From positions 2,591-34,590 of the forward strand of contig NZ_JBHSTI010000001.1 in assembly GCF_042660085.1 (NCBI RefSeq): a stretch of 32,000 nucleotides of DNA, in the 5' to 3' direction. A program made the position numbers and the translations under genes. This document shows positions 16,558 to 23,955 of this stretch, piece by piece. Numbering within the stretch: position 1 is the stretch's first letter; each line of letters opens with the position of its first letter. A model generated the notes under the pieces. That model worked only from the letters and a program-made list of their open reading frames with translations, had not been told where the DNA came from and ran no database searches. The DNA is from Longivirga aurantiaca (GTDB taxonomy: Bacteria > Actinomycetota > Actinomycetes > S36-B12 > CAIYMF01).

Positions 16558-16595
16558 GGTGCCTTCCGCTTCGGGTGCGGGCGCCGGGAGGCACC
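16558..16595 (-). promoter_or_regulatory. Hairpin in the MFS 5' leader that pairs the Shine-Dalgarno sequence with an upstream CCUCCC anti-SD
   Basis: The minus-strand RNA reads GGUGCCUCCC-(18 nt loop)-GGAAGGCACC-ACC-GUG. Nine of 10 positions pair, with one C/A mismatch. The 3' arm contains the SD, GGAAGG. Confidence 0.4.
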
Positions 16596-16780
16596 TGTTC
16601 GTGGTGGCACCCGGCTGGGTCGCAGGGGGTGCTCTCGGGCTGGTGTGCCGCGGTGGACCCGCGGCTCGAGGCGCAACCATCGCCGCCCCGGTGTTGTTCC
16701 CACTCTGCCTGAGCGGTCCGACACCGGCTTCTTCGTTTCTGCTGCGCTGGTTCGGGCTCAACCCGCAGCCAGCCGACGGC

Positions 16781-16786
16781 TACGGT
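16781..16786 (+). promoter_or_regulatory. -10-like hexamer TACGGT, 6 nt upstream of the HipA-like kinase ATG (putative leaderless promoter)
   Basis: A TANNNT hexamer ends at 16786, the ATG is at 16793, and there is no SD. Confidence 0.3.
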
Positions 16787-16792
16787 GACCGC

Positions 16793-17572
16793 ATGACCTC
16801 GGCGTTGCGTACCGTGCGCGCGACCCGCTACGTGCTCGCCCTGCGCGAGGGCGGCTCGTTGCCGGGCATCGTCGAGGCCGACGACCTGGGCACCTACGTG
16901 CTCAAGTTCCGCGGCGCGGGCCAGGGCCTGCTCGCCCTCGTGGCCGAGGTGGTGACGGGCGAGCTCGCCCGCCGCCTCGGCCTGCCGGTGCCCGAGCTGG
17001 TGCTGGCCGAGCTCGACGGCGGCCTCGCCAACGCCGAGCCCGACGAGGAGGTGCAGGACCTCCTGCGCGCGAGCCACGGCCTCAACCTCGGGATGGACTT
17101 CCTGCCCGGCGCCCTCGGCCTGGAGCGGCCCGACGGCGTCGACCCGCGCCTCGCAGCGCAGGTCGTCTGGTTCGACGCGCTCGTGCTCAACGTCGACCGC
17201 TCGTGGCGCAACCCCAACCTGCTGCGCTGGCACGGCGACCCGTACCTCATCGACCACGGCGCGGCCCTCTACTTCCACCACGACTGGTCGAGCGCGGCGA
17301 CCGTGCCGGGGCGGGCCTACCCCTCGCCGCGCGACCACGTGCTCATGCCCGTGGCCGGCCCCCTCGACGCCGCCCACGCCGCGCTCGCACCCCGCGTCAC
17401 CGCCGAGCTGCTCGACGAGGTGCTCGGGCTCGTGCCCGACCAGTGGCTGACCGCGGACGACGCTCACGCCGACGAGCGGCGTACGGCGTACCGCGACCTC
17501 CTGCTCGCCCGCGCGACGAACGCCGACGCGTGGCTCCCCGCCCTGGAGGTGGCCCGTGCCTCATACCTATGA
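16793..17572 (+). CDS. HipA-family (HipA-like C-terminal / PI3-4-kinase-like fold) kinase, function unknown
   Basis: A 259-aa protein starting MTSALRTVRATRYV. YVLKFRGAGQG is Gly-rich-loop-like and includes a Lys. NVDRSWRNPNLL is catalytic-loop-like (D-x-x-x-x-N), and LIDHG is DFG-like. From memory, this protein type is typically paired with DUF3037. The part of the track ORF upstream of 16793 is non-coding-like. Confidence 0.75.
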   Translation: MTSALRTVRATRYVLALREGGSLPGIVEADDLGTYVLKFRGAGQGLLALVAEVVTGELARRLGLPVPELVLAELDGGLANAEPDEEVQDLLRASHGLNLGMDFLPGALGLERPDGVDPRLAAQVVWFDALVLNVDRSWRNPNLLRWHGDPYLIDHGAALYFHHDWSSAATVPGRAYPSPRDHVLMPVAGPLDAAHAALAPRVTAELLDEVLGLVPDQWLTADDAHADERRTAYRDLLLARATNADAWLPALEVARASYL

Positions 17573-17942
17573 GTGGGCGGTGCTGCGGGTCGTCCCGCGC
17601 GTGGAGCGCTGCGAGTTCGTGAACGTCGGCGTGGTCGTCTACTGCCAGGCGCTCGACTACCTGGCCTGCTCCGTCGCCGACGACCTCGGCCGGGCCCTGT
17701 CTCTCGACCCGACGCTCGACGTCGAGGGCGTGCGCGCCCACCTCGACGCCGTCCGCGCGGTCTGCGAGGGATCGCCCGAGGCGGGCGCGAACGGTGCCCG
17801 CAAGCAGGGCGAGCGCTTCCGATGGCTCGTCGCCCCCCGCAGCACCGTGGTGCAGCCCTCCCCCGTGCACACGGGCATCACCGAGTCCCCGGAGGCCGAG
17901 CTGGCCGACCTTGCGGCGCGGATGGTCGCGCCGCCCTCGTAG
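17556..17942 (+). CDS. DUF3037 domain-containing protein
   Basis: A 128-aa protein with a GTG start that overlaps the kinase 3' end by 17 nt. The N-terminus YEWAVLRVVPRVERCEFVNVGVVVY is the characteristic DUF3037 signature. Confidence 0.8.
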   Translation: MPHTYEWAVLRVVPRVERCEFVNVGVVVYCQALDYLACSVADDLGRALSLDPTLDVEGVRAHLDAVRAVCEGSPEAGANGARKQGERFRWLVAPRSTVVQPSPVHTGITESPEAELADLAARMVAPPS

Positions 17943-17951
17943 GCCCCCTCC

Positions 17952-17982
17952 TGGACACGCGCCGGGCGGGATTGGCTACCCT
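17952..17982 (+). promoter_or_regulatory. Putative promoter (-35 TGGACA, 19-nt spacer, -10 TACCCT) for a leaderless small membrane protein gene
   Basis: TGGACA lies at 17952-17957 and TACCCT at 17977-17982. The ATG at 17990 follows after 7 nt. Confidence 0.3.
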
Positions 17983-17989
17983 CCATGCC

Positions 17990-18199
17990 ATGAGCGGCGC
18001 AGAGAGCACCCACGACGAGCACCACGCCCACAAGGACAGCCCGGTCGCGGCGTCCATCGTCGGGCTGGTCATCGTGATGATCTTCGGCCAGGCCTTCGCC
18101 GTGCTCAACAGCGGCACCTGGGAGACCGGGGTGATCATCGCCGCCGTCGTCCTGGCCGCCTGGACCCTCGTGACGATCTGGGTCCTCGACCGCGACTGA
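17990..18199 (+). CDS. Small (69 aa) two-TM membrane protein with His-rich N-terminus
   Basis: The protein reads MSGAESTHDEHHAHKD followed by two hydrophobic helices. GC3 is very high in this frame. It is the terminal part of track ORF 17573..18199, whose upstream section is Arg/Pro-rich junk. No family was recognised. Confidence 0.55.
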   Translation: MSGAESTHDEHHAHKDSPVAASIVGLVIVMIFGQAFAVLNSGTWETGVIIAAVVLAAWTLVTIWVLDRD

Positions 18200-18220
18200 C
18201 CCCGGCCGACGCCTCGTGCG

Positions 18221-20287
18221 TCAGTCCGACCCCTCGCCGCGACGCTTCTCGCTGTCGGCGAGCCGCGCGAGGTACGCGTTGTAGTCCGCGTGCACGTCGC
18301 GCCCCCTGCCCGTCGACGCCGCGCGCTCCTGGGCCCGGTCGCCGCGCCTCGCCTCGCGCTCGTCGCTCTTCACCCACTGCAGGAACAGCGCGATCATCAC
18401 GATCACGATGGGCACCTCGCCCAGCGCCCAGCCGATGCTCCCGCCGAGGTGCTGGTCGGCCAGCAGGTCGGTGAGGTACGGCCGCTCCAGCCCGCCGAAC
18501 CAGTCCTCGGCGAGGACCTGCGTGGTGGCCATGATCGCCAGCGAGAAGAACGAGTGCAGCGGTATCACGACCAGCAGGATGATGATGCGCACGAGGTACG
18601 GCGGACGCGTGGGCCCCGGGTCGACGCCGATGAGGCTCCAGAAGAAGAGCGAGCCGGCGAGCAGGAAGTGCACGCCCATGAAGATGTGGCCCCAGTGGCT
18701 CGTCATGAGCGTCGGGAACAGCGCCGTCAGGTAGAGGACGTAGAAGCTCGCCACGAAGATGACGGCCGCCACGATCGGGTTGGAGATCACCGTCACGTAC
18801 CGCGAGTGGATGACCATCGTGAGCCACTCGCGGGGGCCCACCTGGTCGCCACCCCGCGGGAGCGTGCGCAGCGCGAGGGTCACGGGCGCCCCGAGCACGA
18901 GGAAGATCGGCGCCACCATGCTCAGCACCATGTGCTGAACCATGTGCACGCTGAACAGCACCGACGCGTACGTCGCCAGCCCGGTGTTGGTCGCGACCAG
19001 GATCAGCGCGCAGCCGACGTACCAGAGCAGGCTGCGGCTGACCGGCCACCGGTCGCCCTCGCGCCGCAGGACGTGGGTGCCCGTCGCGTAGAGCGCGATC
19101 ATCAGGCAGCCGACCGCCAGCCAGAAGCCGTCGAGCCGCGCCTCGCCCCAGAGCAGCCCCGTGAGCGAGGGAACCGGCGGCAGGTCGAAGCCGAGCAGCA
19201 GCCTCGCCGGGCTGAGCGCGTCGACGGGCAGCTCGCCCGAGACGGGCGGCGGCGTGCGCGACAGCGCGACCGCGACACCGACGGTCGCTGCCATCACGAG
19301 CACCTCGACCGCCGCGATGCGCAGGAACCCGCGCCGCGCGGTGTCGCCCGAGAGCGCGGGCAGCACGTGCCGCCGGTGCCAGACGCCGAACCACGCGAGC
19401 GCGCCGATCAGCACCACCTTGAGCAGCACGAGCCGGCCGTACGACGTGCTCAGCAGATCCGACGGGGAGGCGAGCCGCACCGCGGCGCTCGCGACGCCCG
19501 ACAGGGCGAGGGCCACCGCGCACCACAGTGCGAGCCGGCTGAACCGCGGCACCGCCACCGGCAGCGGGCGCCGGTCGCTCGAGCCGAGGAGGACGAGCGC
19601 GACGAGCCCGCCGACCCACACCGAAGCGGCGAGCACGTGGAGCATGAGGCTCGAGACGGCGAGGGTGTGCTGGTCGGAGGTGCCCGCGTGCGACACGAGC
19701 GTGGTGGGCAGCGTCGCTCCGAGCGCGACCAGGCAGAGCAGGCCCGCACCGGTCGTGGTGCGGATCCACCGGGCGCACACCGCGACGCTCAGGGCGAGCA
19801 GCAGCTGCACGAGCAGGGCGCGTCCGAGCTCGACGTCGGAGACGAAGCTCCGGAGCAGGGTCGGGTCGAGCACCTCGCCGATCGGCAGCGCGATGATGTC
19901 CGACAGCGACGTCACCATCTGGCCCAGGACGATGGCGCACCAGACGAGCGCCGACCAACGCGCTGCCCGGGTCCAGGTGAGGCGTGCACCGCGCAGGAGC
20001 CCGTCGCGCGCAGGCACGAGCACCGCACCGAGCAGCAGCAGCCCTACCGTGAGCACCGCCGCCAGGTCGCCGAGCACCCGCAGCACCGGCACCGCCCACT
20101 GCGTGCCGAGGCCGGGGTCGGGCAGCCCGTCGGGGGCGGTGACCGGTCGACCGTCGCCGACCCAGAGCAGCAGGGCCATCACCGTCACGGCGACGACGAC
20201 GGCGGCGCCGAGCAGCACGGCGGGGCGCGGGGCGGCAGCGCCGTCCGCCTCCCGTCTCTGCGGCTGGGCCGCCGTCGTGGTGGTCAT
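18221..20287 (-). CDS. copD: Bifunctional copper resistance protein CopD / cytochrome c oxidase assembly (CtaG-like) membrane protein
   Basis: A ~688-aa protein with many TM helices. The N-terminal half is CopD-like and the C-terminal half is caa3 CtaG-like (HMVQHMVLSMVAP, HSFFSLAIM motifs). The ATG at 20287 overlaps the copC stop in an ATGA junction. Confidence 0.85.
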   Translation of the reverse strand: MTTTTAAQPQRREADGAAAPRPAVLLGAAVVVAVTVMALLLWVGDGRPVTAPDGLPDPGLGTQWAVPVLRVLGDLAAVLTVGLLLLGAVLVPARDGLLRGARLTWTRAARWSALVWCAIVLGQMVTSLSDIIALPIGEVLDPTLLRSFVSDVELGRALLVQLLLALSVAVCARWIRTTTGAGLLCLVALGATLPTTLVSHAGTSDQHTLAVSSLMLHVLAASVWVGGLVALVLLGSSDRRPLPVAVPRFSRLALWCAVALALSGVASAAVRLASPSDLLSTSYGRLVLLKVVLIGALAWFGVWHRRHVLPALSGDTARRGFLRIAAVEVLVMAATVGVAVALSRTPPPVSGELPVDALSPARLLLGFDLPPVPSLTGLLWGEARLDGFWLAVGCLMIALYATGTHVLRREGDRWPVSRSLLWYVGCALILVATNTGLATYASVLFSVHMVQHMVLSMVAPIFLVLGAPVTLALRTLPRGGDQVGPREWLTMVIHSRYVTVISNPIVAAVIFVASFYVLYLTALFPTLMTSHWGHIFMGVHFLLAGSLFFWSLIGVDPGPTRPPYLVRIIILLVVIPLHSFFSLAIMATTQVLAEDWFGGLERPYLTDLLADQHLGGSIGWALGEVPIVIVMIALFLQWVKSDEREARRGDRAQERAASTGRGRDVHADYNAYLARLADSEKRRGEGSD

Positions 20288-20952
20288 GACGAGGAGCCTG
20301 CCTTGCCACGGCGTGAGGCCGCCACCGCAGCGGTCGCCAGGACGAGCACGGCGAGGCCGCCGAGCACCCACGGCAGGGCCGATCCTCCGGTGGCCTCGGA
20401 CGAGACCGGCGACGTGCTGGGCTCGGGCTCGACCGATGCGCTGCCGGTCGGTGCTGCCGCCGACGACCCGGACGGCTCCGCGGTCCCGGGCTCCGAGGCC
20501 GACTCGCTCGGCTCGTCCGTGGCCGTCGGGCTCGGCGACGGCACCGAGGCGACGGTGAACATGAGGCTGCCGGTGACGGGATGCCCGTCCGAGGAGACGA
20601 CGCGGTACGACACCCGCACCTCGCCGGCGACGGTGGGCGGCGTGATGGCCCGGGTGATGACTGCGCCGTCGACGACGAGCGGGCCGTCGGCGAGCCGCAC
20701 GCCGGCGGAGTCGGTGACGACGACGGCCGTGCCGAGCTCCAGCACCTCCTCGCCGAAGGTGAGGGTGACGGCCGCGGGTGCCTCCTCGAGCGAGGCGCCG
20801 TCAGCCGGGTCGGTCGAGACGAGCTCGTCGTGCGCCGAGGCCGGGGACGCGAGCGCCACCGGGGCGAGGACCAGTGCGGCGGCCGCGACCGCGGCGCCGA
20901 CAAGCGATCGGATCCGGCGCCGCGAGGCGCGAGCAGGACGGGACGTGGACAT
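20284..20952 (-). CDS. copC: Copper resistance protein CopC (periplasmic copper chaperone, membrane-anchored)
   Basis: It has a signal peptide, then the mature N-terminus AHDELVSTDPADGASL, which is the CopC H-x...-D-P motif. Next come a CopC beta-sandwich-like region with VVSSDGHPVTG, a Ser/Pro/Thr/Glu linker and a C-terminal TM anchor. I chose the start at ATG 20952. Confidence 0.85.
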   Translation of the reverse strand: MSTSRPARASRRRIRSLVGAAVAAAALVLAPVALASPASAHDELVSTDPADGASLEEAPAAVTLTFGEEVLELGTAVVVTDSAGVRLADGPLVVDGAVITRAITPPTVAGEVRVSYRVVSSDGHPVTGSLMFTVASVPSPSPTATDEPSESASEPGTAEPSGSSAAAPTGSASVEPEPSTSPVSSEATGGSALPWVLGGLAVLVLATAAVAASRRGKAGSSS

Positions 20953-21006
20953 GCAGGACCTTCTGTCGGTGGTGGGGTGGCGGCAGCGCACGCCCCACCT
21001 TCCAGG

Positions 21007-21591
21007 TCAGCAGGGCGCGAGGAGCCTCGGCGGCCCGCGCCGCGGGCGTCGGCCGACCACGACCAGGCCGGTGCCGGACACAGCCGCCGAGCAGCCCGTG
21101 ACCGCGAGCGTCACCATCGCCGGGACGGTGGCGCGCGCGGTGACCAGCCGGACAGCGTGCACCAGCGACCAGAGCGAGAGGGCGCACGCCTCGAGTGCCG
21201 CGAGGAGGAGGGCCGCGACCACCACGGCCGCCGCGTGCGCGAGCAGCATCCGGCCGTCGGGCCCGACGTGCGCGTGGGCCGGGTGCGACGCCGGGCCCAC
21301 CGCGGACAGGCGCGGGTCGACGGCACCCGTCGGCGACGTGAGCCACAGGACGCCGTGCACCGCGGGCTGCGCGGCGACGAGGGCCACCAGCAGGCGCGGC
21401 GCCGTCCACCGCTGCGCCGAGGCGACGACGGTGCCGGCCACGACCAGGGCCAGCGCCGCGACGACCGCCGGCGTGACGGCGTCGCCGCCGCCGAGCACGT
21501 GGCCGCCGACGGCGACGAGCGCCCCGACCAGCCCCACCACGAGGCCGCGGACGCGCCGCAGCGGCGTCACAGGTCGTCGGCTGCCGGTCAC
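21007..21591 (-). CDS. Hypothetical integral membrane protein (about 4 TM) leading the copC-copD operon
   Basis: A 194-aa Ala/Val/Leu-rich hydrophobic protein with a His-rich loop (ASHPAHAHVGPDG). GC3 is high. It has a GTG start at 21591. No family was recognised. Confidence 0.6.
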   Translation of the reverse strand: MTGSRRPVTPLRRVRGLVVGLVGALVAVGGHVLGGGDAVTPAVVAALALVVAGTVVASAQRWTAPRLLVALVAAQPAVHGVLWLTSPTGAVDPRLSAVGPASHPAHAHVGPDGRMLLAHAAAVVVAALLLAALEACALSLWSLVHAVRLVTARATVPAMVTLAVTGCSAAVSGTGLVVVGRRPRRGPPRLLAPC

Positions 21592-21597
21592 CCGGCC

Positions 21598-21603
21598 ATC
21601 GTA
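21598..21603 (-). promoter_or_regulatory. -10-like hexamer TACGAT (minus strand), 6 nt upstream of GTG 21591 (putative leaderless promoter of the copper operon)
   Basis: The minus strand reads ctcaccTACGATggccggGTG. Confidence 0.3.
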
Positions 21604-21815
21604 GGTGAGGGCCGGGGGCCCGCCCGCTGGGGCTGCGGTGAACGGCGGGAGAGCGAGCCGGGGCTTCGTCCGTCCCCGAGCCTCGCCCGCGCGTGCGGGG
21701 AACCTCTCAGTTGCCTCTCCCCGGTGGGATCGGAGCCCTCACCGCGCCAGAATGCACGTGCGCGCGCCGTGAGCGAGCACGCCATCCGGCGCCAGGCACC
21801 GACGGAGAGAGAGTC

Positions 21816-22187
21816 ATGAGCGACATCACCGCGGAGACCGTGAACCGCGCTCGCCTCGACTCCCTCGTCGACGAGATCGGCGACCAGGACATCGTCCGCC
21901 AGGCCGTGCAGAGCTTCCTCGACGAGCTGGTCGAGCGCCTCCAGGCGATCCGGACCACGATCTCGGGCGGCGACGCCGCGGAGATCAAGAAGGCCGCGCA
22001 CGCCCTCGGCTCGCCGGCGGCCATGCTCGGCGCGATCGAGGTCAACCGCATCTGCCGCGCCATGCAGGACCAGTGCGACGCCGGCGGGGACGTGCTCGCG
22101 CCTGTGATGGCCGACCTCGACGCCAGCTCCGCGCGCACAGTGTCCGGGCTGCGGGCGTACCTCGCCGAGTCGGCGGCCACCGCCTGA
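21816..22187 (+). CDS. Hpt (histidine phosphotransfer) domain-containing protein
   Basis: A 123-aa protein. A GGAGAGAGAG SD precedes the ATG at 21816. The motif AAHALGSPAAMLGA matches the Hpt phospho-His motif (H-x-L-[KG]-[GS]-S/P-x-x-x-x-G-A). The composition predicts an all-helical protein. Confidence 0.8.
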   Translation: MSDITAETVNRARLDSLVDEIGDQDIVRQAVQSFLDELVERLQAIRTTISGGDAAEIKKAAHALGSPAAMLGAIEVNRICRAMQDQCDAGGDVLAPVMADLDASSARTVSGLRAYLAESAATA

Positions 22188-22221
22188 GCCGTGCGCCCCG
22201 CGCGCGGTCTGCGTCGGCGGC

Positions 22222-23955
22222 CTACGTGCTGCTCGCGCCGTCCAGCCAGCGCTGCACCATGCCGGAGAGCGCGTCGATGCCGAACGGCTTGCTGAGGTAG
22301 TCGACCATCCCTGCGTCGCGGCACAGGTCGCGCTCGGTCTGCCCGACGTGCGCCGTGAGCGCGACGATCGGCACGTCGGCGGGGGTCGCACCGCCACCGT
22401 GGATGCGCCACCAGCGCGTCGCCTCGCGCCCGTCCATGCCGGGCATCTGCACGTCCATGAGGACGAGCCCGTACGCCGTGACCCGCAGCGCCTCGATCGC
22501 GGCCTCGCCGCTCTCGACCACGTCGGTGGTGACGCCGAGCTTCCCCAGCATCGCGGCGGCGAGCCTGCGGTTGACGTCGTTGTCGTCGACCAGGAGCACC
22601 CGCGTGCTGTGGTCGGACCGGACCGTGGGCACGTGCACCGGTGCGTGCACGCGCAGCCGGGCCGCCGTACCGCCCTCGGCGCGGCGCCTGACCTCGACCG
22701 TCCCCCCGAGGGCCGCAGCGAGGCGTGCGGTCTGGGCCAGTCCGGAGCCTCCGGTGGGCCGGCTCGGCGTCTCCCAGGAGCAGCCGATGCCGTCGTCGAC
22801 GACGTCGAAGACCACGGCGTCGTCCTCGAGCGAGACGCTCAGCTGCACGGCCTCGGCGTGTGCGTGACGCACGGCGTTGTCGACGAGCTCGTCGAGGACC
22901 TGGGTGACGAGGGGCAGGGCGAGCTCGACCGGGTGGTCGCCCGGAGGGACCGACGCGACGGTCACCGGCACCGCGGTGCTCGAGTGGCGCTCGGCGACCT
23001 CGGTCACCAGGTCGCGCAGCACCGTCGGGGTACGCGGCCCGGCGACGCGACGCTCGGTGCCGTCGGCGATGGCGACGAGGGCGTCGGCCAGGCGGTCCAG
23101 CCGGTCGAGGTCGGCCGTGCCCTGCGAGTCCTCGGCGTCCACGCGGCCGCGCAGGTCGACCGAGACGTCGTGCAGCTCGTGCACGACCCACGCCGCGTAC
23201 GCCGTGCGCGCGTCGTCGGTGCTCCTGCCGTGCCGGGTGAGCGCGGCCACGTCCTGGGTGCGCTGCGCCAGCAGCTCCTCGAGCCGGCGGCGGTCGTCGG
23301 CCTGGCGCTGCTGGGCCCGCTCCCACTCGACCGCGCGCCCCAGCTGGGCGGCGAGGGACGGTGCCAGCTGCAGCAGCCGCTCGTCGGCCGGCATCGGCTC
23401 GGGGTGCAGGAACTCCACGACTGCGACGACCTCGATGCCGGTGATGATCGGGAACGCCCAGGTGGATCCGGCCGCCTCGCCCTCGCGCCCGCGCCCCGGC
23501 GCCACCGACGTGTCGGGCACCCACGCCGCGAGGTGCGAGGCACCCACCTCGCCCGGGAGCCCCACCGCCGGGGTGAAGCGCCGGTCGACGGTCGCACCCA
23601 TCACCGCATCGAGGAAGTCGAGCTCGACGGGGTCGGCGTCCCAGATGTCGGAGGTGACGAACGCGCCGTCGGGCTCGCGCAGCAGCACGTGCGAGACCGC
23701 GAACCTGCAGTGCCGGCGTACGACCTTCGCCGCTGCGCTCATCGCGGACAGGGCGTCGTCGGTCTCGTTGACGATGACCGCGATGGAGGCCAGCAGCTCC
23801 ACCTCGCGGGCGCGCTCGAAGGCCCGCCTCAGCTGCATCTCGGCCGTGCGCTCGGCCTCGAGACGCGCGGCCCGCTCCTGCGCGGCGCGGTGCTCGAGGC
23901 GTGCGATCCCGTCCGGACCGACGTCGTCCGGGACCGAGCGCGGGTCGATGCTCAC
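22222..23955 (-). CDS. Hybrid sensor histidine kinase: coiled coil - GAF - DHp - HATPase_c - receiver
   Basis: A 577-aa protein. Its GTG at 23955 overlaps the upstream kinase stop in a GTGA junction. The rest of the 1170-aa track ORF runs out of frame through the upstream kinase. It has a GAF-like N-terminal region and an atypical H-box, WVVHELHD. The kinase boxes are N box LVDNAVRHA, G1 DDGIG and G2 GGSGLA. The receiver is canonical (LLVDDND, LVLMDVQMPGMDG, ALTAH, SKPF). Confidence 0.85.
   Translation of the reverse strand: MSIDPRSVPDDVGPDGIARLEHRAAQERAARLEAERTAEMQLRRAFERAREVELLASIAVIVNETDDALSAMSAAAKVVRRHCRFAVSHVLLREPDGAFVTSDIWDADPVELDFLDAVMGATVDRRFTPAVGLPGEVGASHLAAWVPDTSVAPGRGREGEAAGSTWAFPIITGIEVVAVVEFLHPEPMPADERLLQLAPSLAAQLGRAVEWERAQQRQADDRRRLEELLAQRTQDVAALTRHGRSTDDARTAYAAWVVHELHDVSVDLRGRVDAEDSQGTADLDRLDRLADALVAIADGTERRVAGPRTPTVLRDLVTEVAERHSSTAVPVTVASVPPGDHPVELALPLVTQVLDELVDNAVRHAHAEAVQLSVSLEDDAVVFDVVDDGIGCSWETPSRPTGGSGLAQTARLAAALGGTVEVRRRAEGGTAARLRVHAPVHVPTVRSDHSTRVLLVDDNDVNRRLAAAMLGKLGVTTDVVESGEAAIEALRVTAYGLVLMDVQMPGMDGREATRWWRIHGGGATPADVPIVALTAHVGQTERDLCRDAGMVDYLSKPFGIDALSGMVQRWLDGASST

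Noticed and set aside
14795-17467. An 890-aa minus-strand ORF and the 597-aa plus-strand ORF 14995..16788, spanning the MFS and kinase genes.
   Set aside because: They are off-frame or antisense to the clear 14-TMS MFS transporter and the HipA-like kinase. Their composition is extremely rich in Arg, Gly and Pro.
18135-21819. ORFs 18135..20903(-, 922 aa), 18290..21604(+, 1104 aa), 19161..20558(+), 20581..21819(+) and 20801..21409(-).
   Set aside because: These are shadow ORFs over the CopD/CtaG, CopC and membrane-protein genes. They have low-complexity Arg/Ala/Pro/Ser/Thr composition. The real genes show TM-helix periodicity and the CopC motif.
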